Positions 1 to 10,626 of a DNA stretch of 64,000 nt are shown here, piece after piece. The notes beneath the pieces are model-generated. The model saw nothing but the letters and a program-made list of their open reading frames with translations, was not told the DNA's origin and did not search any database. This stretch comes from Eledone cirrhosa (taxonomy: Eukaryota), in the NCBI GenBank assembly GCA_964016885.1, contig OZ024746.1:69254001-69318000 (forward strand). The letters run 5' to 3'. Numbering within the stretch: position 1 is the stretch's first letter; each line of letters begins with the position of its first letter. The position numbers and the translations under genes were made by a program.

Positions 1-855
1 GTGGAAATGTTACTATCATGTTTACCACTCTCTACAATATCAACCATTGATGCAGCAGTCGTAGTTTTCTTGACAACAACTATCATTACATACGTTTCCA
101 TGAATATTAGTGTGTAATATAAATGTGTGTGTATTTATTAAAACAAAACCCAGAAAATCCTTGACGAATTGTTTTACATTCATATATTGTAGCATTCCGT
201 TGGTGATCATACGTTTTAGGATCTTAAATATTGTAACAACTTTCTCTAAAATCGGAAACGATTTCCAAAATAATAATAATAATTGTTTCTACTTTAGGCA
301 CAAGGCCAGCAATTACCCAGTGCATTACTGGTACTTTATTTTATCGACCCCGTAAGGATGAAAGGCAAAGTCAACCTCGGCGAATAATAATAATAATGCT
401 TTCTTTATTGGCCACGCAAGGCTCACATTAAGAGAACAATAAGGACGGTACAGTGTGTGGGTTTTTTTTGTATGTAAAATAAAAATGATAATAATAATAA
501 TAATAATGTTTTAATTCAGAAAAACTATATTCGTAAACAGCCACACCAATCTGCATTCCTACGCATCAAGGGATAGTAATATATACTACTATACAAATAC
601 AAGAAGTGTGTACGCGAGGGGATTGGCTTTATTTGGCACAAACACTATAGCGTCCGACTAAATGCCTCCTAGTGCCTATATATAGATTCATTACCCGAAA
701 TATTTAAGTTCAAATCTCACCGAGATTACCTTCCTTTACGCTCTCAGTCTAAGATAATATTGAGAAAAATGAGTAGAACAACTGCATGTAGTGGTGTGTA
801 TTCATTAGTTCAATCGGTTATATCCTAACAAACACACCGTTACATATATATATAT

Positions 856-893
<38 letters not shown>

Positions 894-1479
894 ATGAGGG
901 GGTGCGCGCGCGTGTGCACGTATAATTACGCACACACATGTATGTGTTTTATATATATATTCACACACAGGGTGCCCCCCTCCCCCCAAAAAAAATCTAT
1001 TTACATATTTATTAGAAGGCTGTTGAAGTGAGTATACATTTTTGGAGACACCCTGTATCTATATATGTGTGTATATATATATATATAGAGAGAGAGGGGG
1101 GGGGGGGGTGAATCAAAGGACATACATACATTACCATATTCTTTTTAAAGGAGCTAACATCAGCTTCCTTATTGTTTTGATGACGATCATAAAGAACCCC
1201 TTGAAATCCAGTTTTTTTTACAATCTCATTTTATTCAAGGGGAAGAAAGTGGATCTTTTGGCAGTATAAATTGGTAACCAGGTTAAGAATTTGTACAGAT
1301 TTCAATACCATAGTTTGGTGCCAGTCCCTTCATAAGTTTTTAGATACAGTTGATTGAATGTTTCTTCATCCTTTATTCCAAAGAATATAAACTTAGAGCC
1401 TCCTTACTTACCCCTATACCCACATACACACCAAATAATAAATTTAACAGTGGGCACAAATAAATTGCTATGCCCACCT

Positions 1480-1940
1480 TTGTTCCCCAATTAAATCTGG
1501 CCATGAGCATAAGTGATCTGAAGAAAAAATTCAGTATAAGAGGAATCTGATGCAGTGTGCAGCAAGAGAGAAGACTTTGCTGCTTTGGACATGTAATGTG
1601 TATGGATAATAACAGATATATGAAGAAGTGTAGAGAAATCTAGGTGGATGGGACCTGTGGAAGAAGACCTAGGTAGACTTGGGATGAAGTAATGTAGGTT
1701 GATCTTAGGAAATTAAGCCTCAAGATAGAGATGACAACGGATTGTGATGACTGGAGACATGCCATACTAGAAAGGACTTACCAATAAAAACCAGATGTCT
1801 CTCCATTTCTGCTATAGTAATCACTACCACCCCCATATAATGCACCTTCTGTGCAGATGTGACCTGGCCTAACCTGGTCCATTCATACCCTACCCCTGTT
1901 AGAAAGGGCATCCAGCTGTAGAAAACTTGTCAATAAAAAG
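1480..1940 (+). mobile_element. Degenerate RTE LINE 3' end
   Basis: Eroded RRL.CFGHVMCMD..KKCREI.VDG..GRRPR.TWDEV, plus the tail motif ttagaaagggcatccagctgtagaaa. Confidence 0.7.
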
Positions 1941-3080
1941 ATTGAGAAGACACTTCAGTTATGTTCTAATGAGGTACTAGCAGTAAATACTCTGACATCT
2001 TTATAATGCAGTTCAACACAAGGCAGATCTTGCAAAACATGTGGAGCTGCATCATGATAATGCCCCAGTATATTCATCATAGCTGATCCAAGGGTTCTTG
2101 GCCAAAAAATAGGGGCTTTGCTCATTCGTCAGGCTCTCTACTCTGCATTATCTTTATAATAAGATGCAAGTGTTATGTGATAACCGCTTCATGCTATATT
2201 TGTTTTGGCAATTTGATATCTTCCTTCCTAATAACATGTGGAAGGTTTGGAATTATGTATTATATCATCATGGTAGAAAATTGACAAAGTCATTAAAATG
2301 TTGTTTGGAATGATTTGCAATATTCACTTTGGTTCTCTGCCCCCAAGGTCAACTTTTCCTTTCATTCTTCCAAGGTCAATAAAAAAAAGTACCAGTCCAG
2401 TACTGAGGTTGATTCTTCCTCTATATCTCTTTCTCACTTCCTCTGCTTATTCTGGAATAAATTGGTCATATTCAGACTTGGAGAGGAGATGAGGCTCTGC
2501 CAGGTTTAAATAAAATGTCCAAGAAATGGCATATATCACTACAGCACCCTTATGACTCAACAATGAGTTACAGGTTCATAAACATATACATAGTATTATC
2601 ATCATCATCATCATCACGTCTATTTTCCCTACTTGCAAAAGTTAGACAAATTGTCATATACTGAGGTTAGACTGGGCATATGACTATATCTTGCTTGTGT
2701 GCTCTGTTTTCGGTTTGGTTTCTATGGCTGGATGTCATTCCTAATGCCAATCACTTTACAGTGTGAACTGGGGGCATTTTATCGTGGCTCTGGCACCACC
2801 CTCTGACAGGGTGGACTGGATGCTTTTTATCATGGCACCAGTGCTATCAGCTTACAGGGTGGACTGCTTACTTTTTTATTATGGCATCAGAACTACCACC
2901 TTACAGGGTGGTGGACTGTGTGCTTTTTGTTATGGAACCAGCACTATCTCCTTACAACACAAGGGTGTTCAGTGTGTTAAGTCAAGGAGGGGTTGGTGGG
3001 AGTGGGAGTGGCAGGGGAAAAAGTGAGAGGGGTGGAGGTAATATGTTTCTTGCTGAGGGGTCGGGAAGACATCCTACCGT

Positions 3081-3163
<83 letters not shown>

Positions 3164-3582
3164 TGGGTGATGGGGGTTACTCTGAAGCAAGTCAGTGGTG
3201 TCTGTTTATATACATTTATCTAAATAGTCAGGTGTGCATACAACTTTGATTAAAGGCAATAACATTAAAATGAAGACACAAATTGTATTTTGAATATATT
3301 TCATTTTTTTCTTCTTTGCCAATTTATGCCTTTAAAAAAAGGCAACTAAGAATGATACATACATATTAAATTCTGAAAAATGTGCCATTATATTCAGATA
3401 TTTAAATTAAATGATTTAGAGCAGGATTGGAGAAATTGTAGACTTTGAGGCAACTAAGCTTTCTGGAAGAAATTTTAAGTTGATTGCATATTATAATATT
3501 CATTCTCATATTCTTTAATTTTTTAAATGGTTATTAAAAGATCAGTTGATATTGTTATTTCTTACTTCAAATTTATAATTAT

Positions 3583-4300
3583 ACTAGTGAACCCATGCTG
3601 TCAACAATGACAGCAATAGCATTGAATGTATTTAATTTTTGAAGTCCAGGATTAATATGTCATATATATTTCAGCATTACTGGATATGTGAACAATCATA
3701 CAAACTGGGAAATTTGTGGTTTGATAAATTAATGGTTTGTATAAGACTAACCTTATCTATCCATCGATCCATCTTTGGACTGCTACAGGGATTCATGTGT
3801 AGTCATGTGTTGTTGTTATTGTTGTTTTTATCCAAATAATTGTTACATAGAAATCTATAAATAGACAGATAGGTAGGTAAGTAGATAGAGAGACAGTTAG
3901 GCAGGTAGAAATATAGATAGTCAATGGAACTTAAGGAAGAGGAAGACATAGGAAGCCTTGGGATGATGTGGTAAAGGCCAACATCACAGAGCTGAACCTC
4001 ATGAAGATGGCTCAGGATTGAGTCGATTAATGACATTTTGTACTGCCAAAGATTCACCTTTCCATGCATGGAAAGGTAGACTCTCAATGACCAGTGTGCT
4101 CCTGATTTCCCCACTCCTACCCTGCCTTTTGTAATTTATTCTGTTTGAGTTTGGATTTACTGCCCCCTGTCCAACTTCACTGCATCATGTAGAGATTAGG
4201 GTTTAAATTTAGGGTTGTTAAACAGAGAATAGGAATTTGAAAAAATATGTAATTGTGAAATGTTTCTCTTTCTTTCTGAGCAATGCCAGGTGGTCATCTA

Positions 4301-4302
<2 letters not shown>
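3583..4302 (+). mobile_element. Non-autonomous Helitron remnant with nested fragments
   Basis: The 3' end ctgagcaatgccaggtggtcatCTAG|t resembles a CpG-decayed CCGGGCAACGCCGGGT..CTAG. A 5' actag..acccatgc is present, with internal ttaggg. The 5' boundary is uncertain. Confidence 0.45.
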
Positions 4303-4364
<62 letters not shown>

Positions 4365-4366
<2 letters not shown>

Positions 4367-5767
4367 TCATCATCATCATCGTTTAACGTCCATCTTCCAC
4401 ACTAGCATGGATTTGGATGGGAATTTTCCCACTTGAGGCAAGATTGGTTGTCTTGCTCGTATAGGACTGTCTGGCGGGTTTTCTACGGCTGGATGCCCTT
4501 CCTAACACCAACCACGTTTACAGTGTGGACTGGGAGGTTTTTACCATGTTACCTACACGGCCACATTACAGCGTGGACTGTGTGTTTTTTGTTGTGACAC
4601 CTACACGACCTCATTTATTTAGGACTGGATGTTGTGGTACCAACATAACTTTACATGGGGTGGGGGTAGTGGGATGGCGGTGTATTTTGGTAAGAGGTGC
4701 CTACCGACTGTAGGTTTTGCTTTGCACTTAGACAAGGCGGGTCTTCTGTATTACTGTGTAGCACCAAAGATCTCGGTCCAGTGACATTGTCTTGGAGAGG
4801 TGTAAGTGTGTGAGGTCGGAATTTATCAAGTCAACCCAGGTTTTTCTGGGTCTGCCTACTCCGTGGCTACCATCTATTTTGATCGCCCTGCACTTTTTTA
4901 TACAGCTGTCGTCTTTCATGCGCATCACGTGACCATACCAACGTAGTCTTCTCTCGAGTAAACAGCATCGGATCCCTCTTATTCCTAATTTCTCACTTAG
5001 TTCATTTATGCTTTGCCGTTCACGTATATTACTATTACACATCCAACGGAGCATGCAAGCTTCATTCCTCTCCAGTCTGCGTAGATCCTCTGCACACAAT
5101 GCCCAAGTCTTACTGCCATGTAACATTGCTGTTCGTATGCAGGCATCATACAGCCTGCCTTTCATTTTTAGAGAGAAACCTTTAGCGGCCAATAGTGGTA
5201 TAAGCTCTCTGAACTTTTTCCATCCCGTTCTGACTGTAGCTAGTGTACTTTCAGAGCACCCTCCACCACTGCTGATTTTGTCACCCAGGTAACGGAAGGT
5301 GTCCACTATTTCTATAGAACCATCTGTGCAATGGAATGAGCTAGTATTCTGTGGGCACTTGCTGCTACTTATTGCACCTGAGCACCGGCCACATATAAAA
5401 TCTATATTTTTAGTTAGCTTACCTGTGATCCCACTACATCTTTTATGCACCCATACTTTGCATTTGGGACATAAAATAGAGTTTCTGCCTACTCCTTTCC
5501 TACACCCAGATGGGACCAGTGCCCTATTTTCCTTCCTACATACTAGAACTTTAGTCTTAGACAGGTTAATTTTAAGGCCTTTTGATTCTAGGCCATGCTT
5601 CCATGTTTGGAATTTCTTCTCTAGTTCAGCCATTGATTCAGCTATAAGCGTTAGATCATCAGCGTATAGGAGTTCCCATGGGCAGCCAGTCTTGAACTCC
5701 TCTGTTATAGCCTGAAGGGCAATAATAAATAGGAGGGGGATAAGGACGGAGCCCTGATGAACACCAA

Positions 5768-5770
<3 letters not shown>
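4365..5770 (-). mobile_element. 5'-truncated RTE-clade LINE (RT C-terminal part, Cys/His insert, 3' UTR, (GAT)n tail)
   Basis: VGVHQGSVL.PLLF, ELLYADDL, FRYLGD and RRLRWYGHVMRM lie in one open frame from 5770 to 4728. The tail gacgttaaacgatgatgat is at ~4365-4390. (TA)n on both flanks. Confidence 0.93.
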
Positions 5771-5816
<46 letters not shown>

Positions 5817-5818
<2 letters not shown>

Positions 5819-6150
5819 TCATCATCATTTCATTTTACGTCTGCTTTTTCCCTGCTTGCAAGGGTGGGACGGGAACTGATTCTGGCTTGATTTCTACAGC
5901 TGAATGCCCTTCCTAACACCAACCTCATTTACAGTGAGTGGTGGGTGCTTTTTGGCCGTGGCACCTCCACGACCACTTTACAGTGGAATGATAGGGATGC
6001 CAGTCCCTATCATCTCATTTCTACAGCTGAGTAAACTGGAGCAACGTGAAATAAAGTGTCTTGCTCAAGGAAACAACACATCACCCGGTATGAGAATTGA
6101 ACTCACAACCTTTCAAGGCCAATGCTCTAACCACTAAGCCATGTGCCTCC
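5817..6150 (-). mobile_element. tRNA-derived SINE (family 2) with RTE-type 3' tail
   Basis: The head has A/B-box-like tggcttagtggttag..gagttcaattc and the core ccttgagcaagacacttta. The tail matches LINE 34132-34245 and ends in (GAT)n. Confidence 0.85.
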
Positions 6151-6158
6151 ACTATATG

Positions 6159-6274
<116 letters not shown>

Positions 6275-6366
6275 AAGTAATTGCATCGGAAAAGTCCAGG
6301 AAAAAAGAGTGCTCTATGTAGGTAACAGAGCTTAATACTTATGTAATAAACAACATAAGGCAATTA

Positions 6367-6424
6367 TTTCATTTACCAATGGTTTCTTAAAAGCAAACAA
6401 ATTTTGCTTTCAATCATCAGAATG
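6367..6424 (-). ncRNA. Type I hammerhead ribozyme (family A, antisense arm of fold-back)
   Basis: Minus strand: CATT-CTGATGA-ttgaaagcaaaatttgtttgcttttaa-GAAA-ccattgg-TA-AATG. The core is complete and stem I is shortened to 4 bp. Confidence 0.75.
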
Positions 6425-6468
6425 GCGTTGGATTTTAAAAACCAATGCCAATAAATACACCAGGATTT

Positions 6469-6529
6469 TTTCATTCTGATGATTGAAAGCAACATTTTTT
6501 TGCTTTTAAGAAACCACTGGTAAATGAAA
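6469..6529 (+). ncRNA. Type I hammerhead ribozyme (family A)
   Basis: TTTCATT-CTGATGA-[TTGAAAGCAA catttttt TGCTTTTAA; 10-bp stem II]-GAAA-CCACTGG-TA-AATGAAA. Stem I is 7 bp and the GUA cleavage site is after 6522. Confidence 0.88.
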
Positions 6530-6731
6530 TAATTGCCTTATGTTGTTTATTACATAACTATATATATATATATATTGGAATATATTCACATATATATCGC
6601 TATTTCAGAGCATTTATTCCAATTTCTAATTTCTGCCGGACCGGCAACCGCTCTTTCAAACCAGTTCCTGTACACAGCTAAGTATTCTATAAGTCTCTAG
6701 CTGTGTCATTCTCGATAAAAGCACTGGATAT

Positions 6732-6774
6732 GTAGTCCTGAAGATTTCTAACAAGAATGAAACGCGTAGATTAC
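6732..6774 (+). ncRNA. Minimal type I hammerhead ribozyme (family B, unit 1)
   Basis: GTAGTC-CTGAAGA-tTTCTaacAGAAt-type stem II-GAAA-CGCG-TA-GATTAC. Stem I is 6 bp with one GU, stem III is the palindrome ACGCGT, and the GUA site is after 6768. A 16-bp outer stem attctcgataaaagca/tgcttttatcgagaat encloses the motif. Confidence 0.88.
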
Positions 6775-7041
6775 TTCCCTTGCTTTTATCGAGAATCTAA
6801 TTGTAATACGTGACGTATTCTATTCTATAGCGATTAGGTCTTCAAAATGTTTATTATAAACATACAGAATATTTTCGAATATTCTATGTCTATATTCACA
6901 TATATATCGCTATTTCAGAGCATTTATTCCAATTTCTAATTTCTGCCGGACCGGCAACCGCTCTTTCAAACCAGTTCCTGTACACAGCTAAGTATTCTAT
7001 AAGTCTCTAGCTGTGTCATTCTCGATAAAAGCACTGGATAT

Positions 7042-7084
7042 GTAGTCCTGAAGATTTCTAACAAGAATGAAACGCGTAGATTAC
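7042..7084 (+). ncRNA. Minimal type I hammerhead ribozyme (family B, unit 2)
   Basis: Identical to 6732-6774, 310 nt downstream; predicted cleavage after 7078. Confidence 0.88.
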
Positions 7085-7206
7085 TTCCCTTGCTTTTATC
7101 GAGAATCTAATTGTAATACGTGACGTATTCTATTCTGTAGCGATTAGGTCTTCAAAATGTTTATTATAAACATACAGAATATTTTCGAATATTCTATGTC
7201 TATATT

Positions 7207-7246
<40 letters not shown>

Positions 7247-7249
<3 letters not shown>

Positions 7250-7582
7250 TCATCATCATTTTACGTCTGCTTTTTCCCTGCTTGCAAGGGTGGGACGGGA
7301 ACTGATTCTGGCTTGATTTCTACAGCTGGATGCCCTTCCTAACCCCAACCTCATTTACAGTGAGTGGTGGGTGCTTTTTTGCCGTGGCACCTCCACGACC
7401 ACTTTACAGTGGAATGATAGGGACCCCAGTCCCTATCATCTCATTTCTACAGCTGAGTAAACTGGAACAACGTGAAATAAAGTGTCTTGCTCAAGGAAAC
7501 AACACATCACCCGGTCTGAGAATTGAACTCACAACCTTTCGATTGCAAGGCCAATGCTCTAACCACTAAGCCATGTGCCTCC
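7247..7582 (-). mobile_element. tRNA-derived SINE (family 2), near-identical to 5817-6150
   Basis: Direct sequence match. Related heads lie at 10825-10938, 14930-15040 and 51905-51980. Confidence 0.85.
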
Positions 7583-7879
7583 ATATATATATTTATATAT
7601 GCTCTCTAGGTATAGTACTAACACTTTTTGTTAGTTTCTGACTTTACTTTAATAAATGGTTTAACCCGAAACATCAAATATCAGACCCTTTCTTCTCTAT
7701 AAACATTTCCACACACACATTGTTCGTGTTTTTTTGTGCATGCTTTGTCAACCACATGTCTTCTTTCTTTTCTTTTCATTTTTTGTTTACTTTGTTTGAA
7801 ATGCTCACGTTTGTCTTCTTGTCCTGTTTTGTCATCTTTACTTATATATCTTCTTCTTCTTCTTCTTCTGCTCCTCCTC

Positions 7880-9030
7880 CTCTCTGATAGGGCTAAGGGG
7901 AAAGAGTCCTGAAACACTCCTTCCAGTGAGTCATGAGTGACACCAGTCAAACTCAAGGATGTTATCCATCCATCTTGTTTGGGGTCAACCTCTGGGTCTC
8001 ATGCTGGTTGGTTTTGCTCATAAAATCTGTTGGTGAATCTTTCCTGTCACAGTCTAACCCCATGTCTGTAATATCGGAGTTATGATCTCTCAATTTGGAG
8101 AAGTAGTGTCTCTACTTGGAGCGACTCTCTGATCTCTGAGCTACAAACTCAGAAACCCCATTTCAGCTGCTTGTATTCACGATCGTATTCTTTCAATCAT
8201 TACCCAAGATTTGTGACCAGGGTAATGACCGACAGTTAGCACAACTACCAAATTAAAGTTAGTGAGTTTGGCTTTTACACTAACCTCCCTTCTTCTGATT
8301 ACCAAATGTTGAAGCTAGCACATTACTACACCAAACGCTGCAATTCTTGCATTTAATTCAGCCTCCTGCTTTCCATCACTTGTGAATACTGTCCCAAGAT
8401 ACTTACACTTCTCCACCTGCTTCAGTGGAACTTCATTCACATGTAGAGTGCACTGTGCAGGCTTCCTTGAGAGGATGAGTGTTTTTGCAGCACTGATTTT
8501 CATTTCAGCCATGCAGCACTCAACAGCTAACCTATCAAGAACATGTTGGAGATAACTTTCTGATAAGTTAAATAATTGTTTCTACTTTTGGCACAAGGCC
8601 AGCAATTACCCAGTAGATTACTGGTACTTTATTTTATCGACCCCCATAAGGATGAAAGGCAAAGTTAACCTCGGCGGGATTTGAACTCAGAATGGCAAGG
8701 GCCGTAACTCTATACGTCAAAGCATGTCATCTCAAATTCCAGCTGACTGATCCTATACCTGCCAGTTGTGATATCACTTCTAACCCAGCTGCGCATGTCA
8801 ATCCTGTTTATGAAAACAATGAACAGGAGAGGTGACAGTACGCACCCTTTTATGGAGTCAGACTCCCACATTGAATGGTTTCTATTTAGCACCATTTTTC
8901 TGAATACAAATACTTGGGCATTCATATAGAGATATCAAGGCAACAAGAAGCTGACCATTGATCCTATACTCCTGCAGAACCTTCCACAGCAGGTCGCATG
9001 GCATATGGTCATATGCCTTTTCAAGGTCTA
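7880..9030 (-). mobile_element. Degenerate RTE/BovB-like LINE RT fragment interrupted by a SINE (8575-8712)
   Basis: DLEKAYD, KGCVLSPLLFIVF and LKQVEKCKYLG..RIAA. Confidence 0.85.
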
Positions 9031-9850
9031 TAGGGTCAGCAATTTGGGGTGAGAGGACAGTTGATTTGCTTTATTTTATAGAAAAGCAAAGCTAACCTTG
9101 GTGGGATTTGAACTCAAAATATTAGGGGCCATAACTCTATGCCACAAATCATGTTGTCCTACACTCTATAACTGTTTCTACTTTTGCAACAAGGCCAGCA
9201 ATTATCTCAGTGCATTATTTGGTACTTTATTGGGTGGATTGGCAGTATCGTTAGAGGGTCGGACGTGCATTATTATCTCAGTGCATTATATGGACGCCAT
9301 GCTTTACAGCAAAGAGTTACGGCCCTTTATGGTCTGAGTTCAAATGCCGCCGAGGTTAACTTTGCCTTTCATCCTTACAGGGTCGATAAAATAAAGTACC
9401 AGTAATGTACTGGGTAATTGCTGGCCTTGTGCCAAAAGTAGAAACAGTTATTTGGTACTTTAGATAGGCGGTAGATTGGCAGTATCAGTAGTGGGTCGGA
9501 CGCCATGCTTTGACGCATAGAGTTACGGCGCTTGCCATTCTGAGTTCAAATCCCGCCAAGGTTAACTTTGCCTTTCATCCTTACGAGGTCGATAAAATAA
9601 AGTACCAGTAATGCACTGGGTAATTGCTGGCCTTGTGTCAAAAGTAGAAACAATTATTTGGTACTTTATTTTATCGACCTTTTAAGAATGAAAGGCAAAG
9701 TTAATCTCAGCGGGATTTGAACTCAGACCGTAAAGGGACGTAACTCTGTGCTGCAAAGCATGGCGTCCGACCCTCTACCGATAATTGTTTCTATTTTTGG
9801 CACAAGGCCAACAATTACTCCAGTGCATTACTGGTGCTTTATTTTATCGG
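9030..9850. mobile_element. Cluster of nested/tandem/inverted tRNA-derived SINEs (family 1)
   Basis: Repeated ggtggattggcagtatcg..gagttcaaatcccgccgaggttaactttgcctttcatccttac.gggtcgataaaataaagtaccag..gtagaaacaatt in both orientations. The centre resembles the MetaSINE domain. Confidence 0.9.
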
Positions 9851-10319
9851 CAACCGATAATAATAATAATTCTGCATAGACTAAAAAATCAACATTATCA
9901 AGAAATTATCCAGAACATAAATGTTACGGTGAGGAAACTAATCTTTCTACACTATTATGTTTTGATGTATGCAAATGGAAATATTTGAGTTCACAGCATT
10001 ATTTATGTGTTTTGTTATTCAGATGTGTGTTTCGATGCGTAGAAATATCGGTATTATTTCTATAATTCATTGTTGTTTTTTTTTATATATTTAGAATCCA
10101 TTGAGCCTTCTGCATACTGATGCAGAATTTTGGATTGCAATGTGAATTTCAGTTCTTCGAAAGTAGTAATCATGTAATAGTTGATCGTATAAATTGAACC
10201 TAAAAAAATAGTTTAAACTATTTACACGCTTACATATATATAAAAACTTGTCGAGTGCTTTATATCAGTTATAAAATATTTACTTGTTGTAACCCAACAA
10301 TTTAAAATAAAACCTTTGC

Positions 10320-10355
<36 letters not shown>

Positions 10356-10356
<1 letters not shown>

Positions 10357-10595
10357 AATGAAATAATTCCGTCGGAAAAGTCCAGGAAAAAAGAGTGTTC
10401 TATGTAGGTAACAGAGCTTAATAGTTATGTAATAAACAACATAAGGCAATTATTTCATTTACCAGTGGTTTCTTAAAAGCAAAAAAATGTTGTTTTCAAT
10501 CATCAGAATGAAAAAATCCTGGTGTTTTTATTGACGTTGGATTTTAGAAACTACTGGTAAATGAAATAATTGCCTTATGTTGTTTATTACATAAC

Positions 10596-10596
<1 letters not shown>
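10356..10596. mobile_element. Second copy of the hammerhead fold-back element
   Basis: High identity to 6270-6558. The right arm retains only the GAAA..TA-AATGAAA half. Flanked by (TA)/(TG) repeats. Confidence 0.75.
10453..10513 (-). ncRNA. Type I hammerhead ribozyme (family A)
   Basis: Minus strand: TTTCATT-CTGATGA-ttgaaaacaacatttttttgcttttaa-GAAA-CCACTGG-TA-AATGAAA. Confidence 0.83.

Positions 10597-10626
<30 letters not shown>

Larger units (their letters stand above)
6581..7217 (+). repeat. 310-bp head-to-tail tandem (2 units) with one hammerhead per unit; retrozyme/pLTR-like
   Basis: 6581-6890 and 6891-7200 are identical except tattctAtag/tattctGtag. The array is bounded by (TA)n. Confidence 0.9.

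Noticed and set aside
4728-5828. 366-aa ORF as a host gene
   Set aside because: The start lies in (ATG)n/(TA)n microsatellite and the body is a truncated LINE RT.
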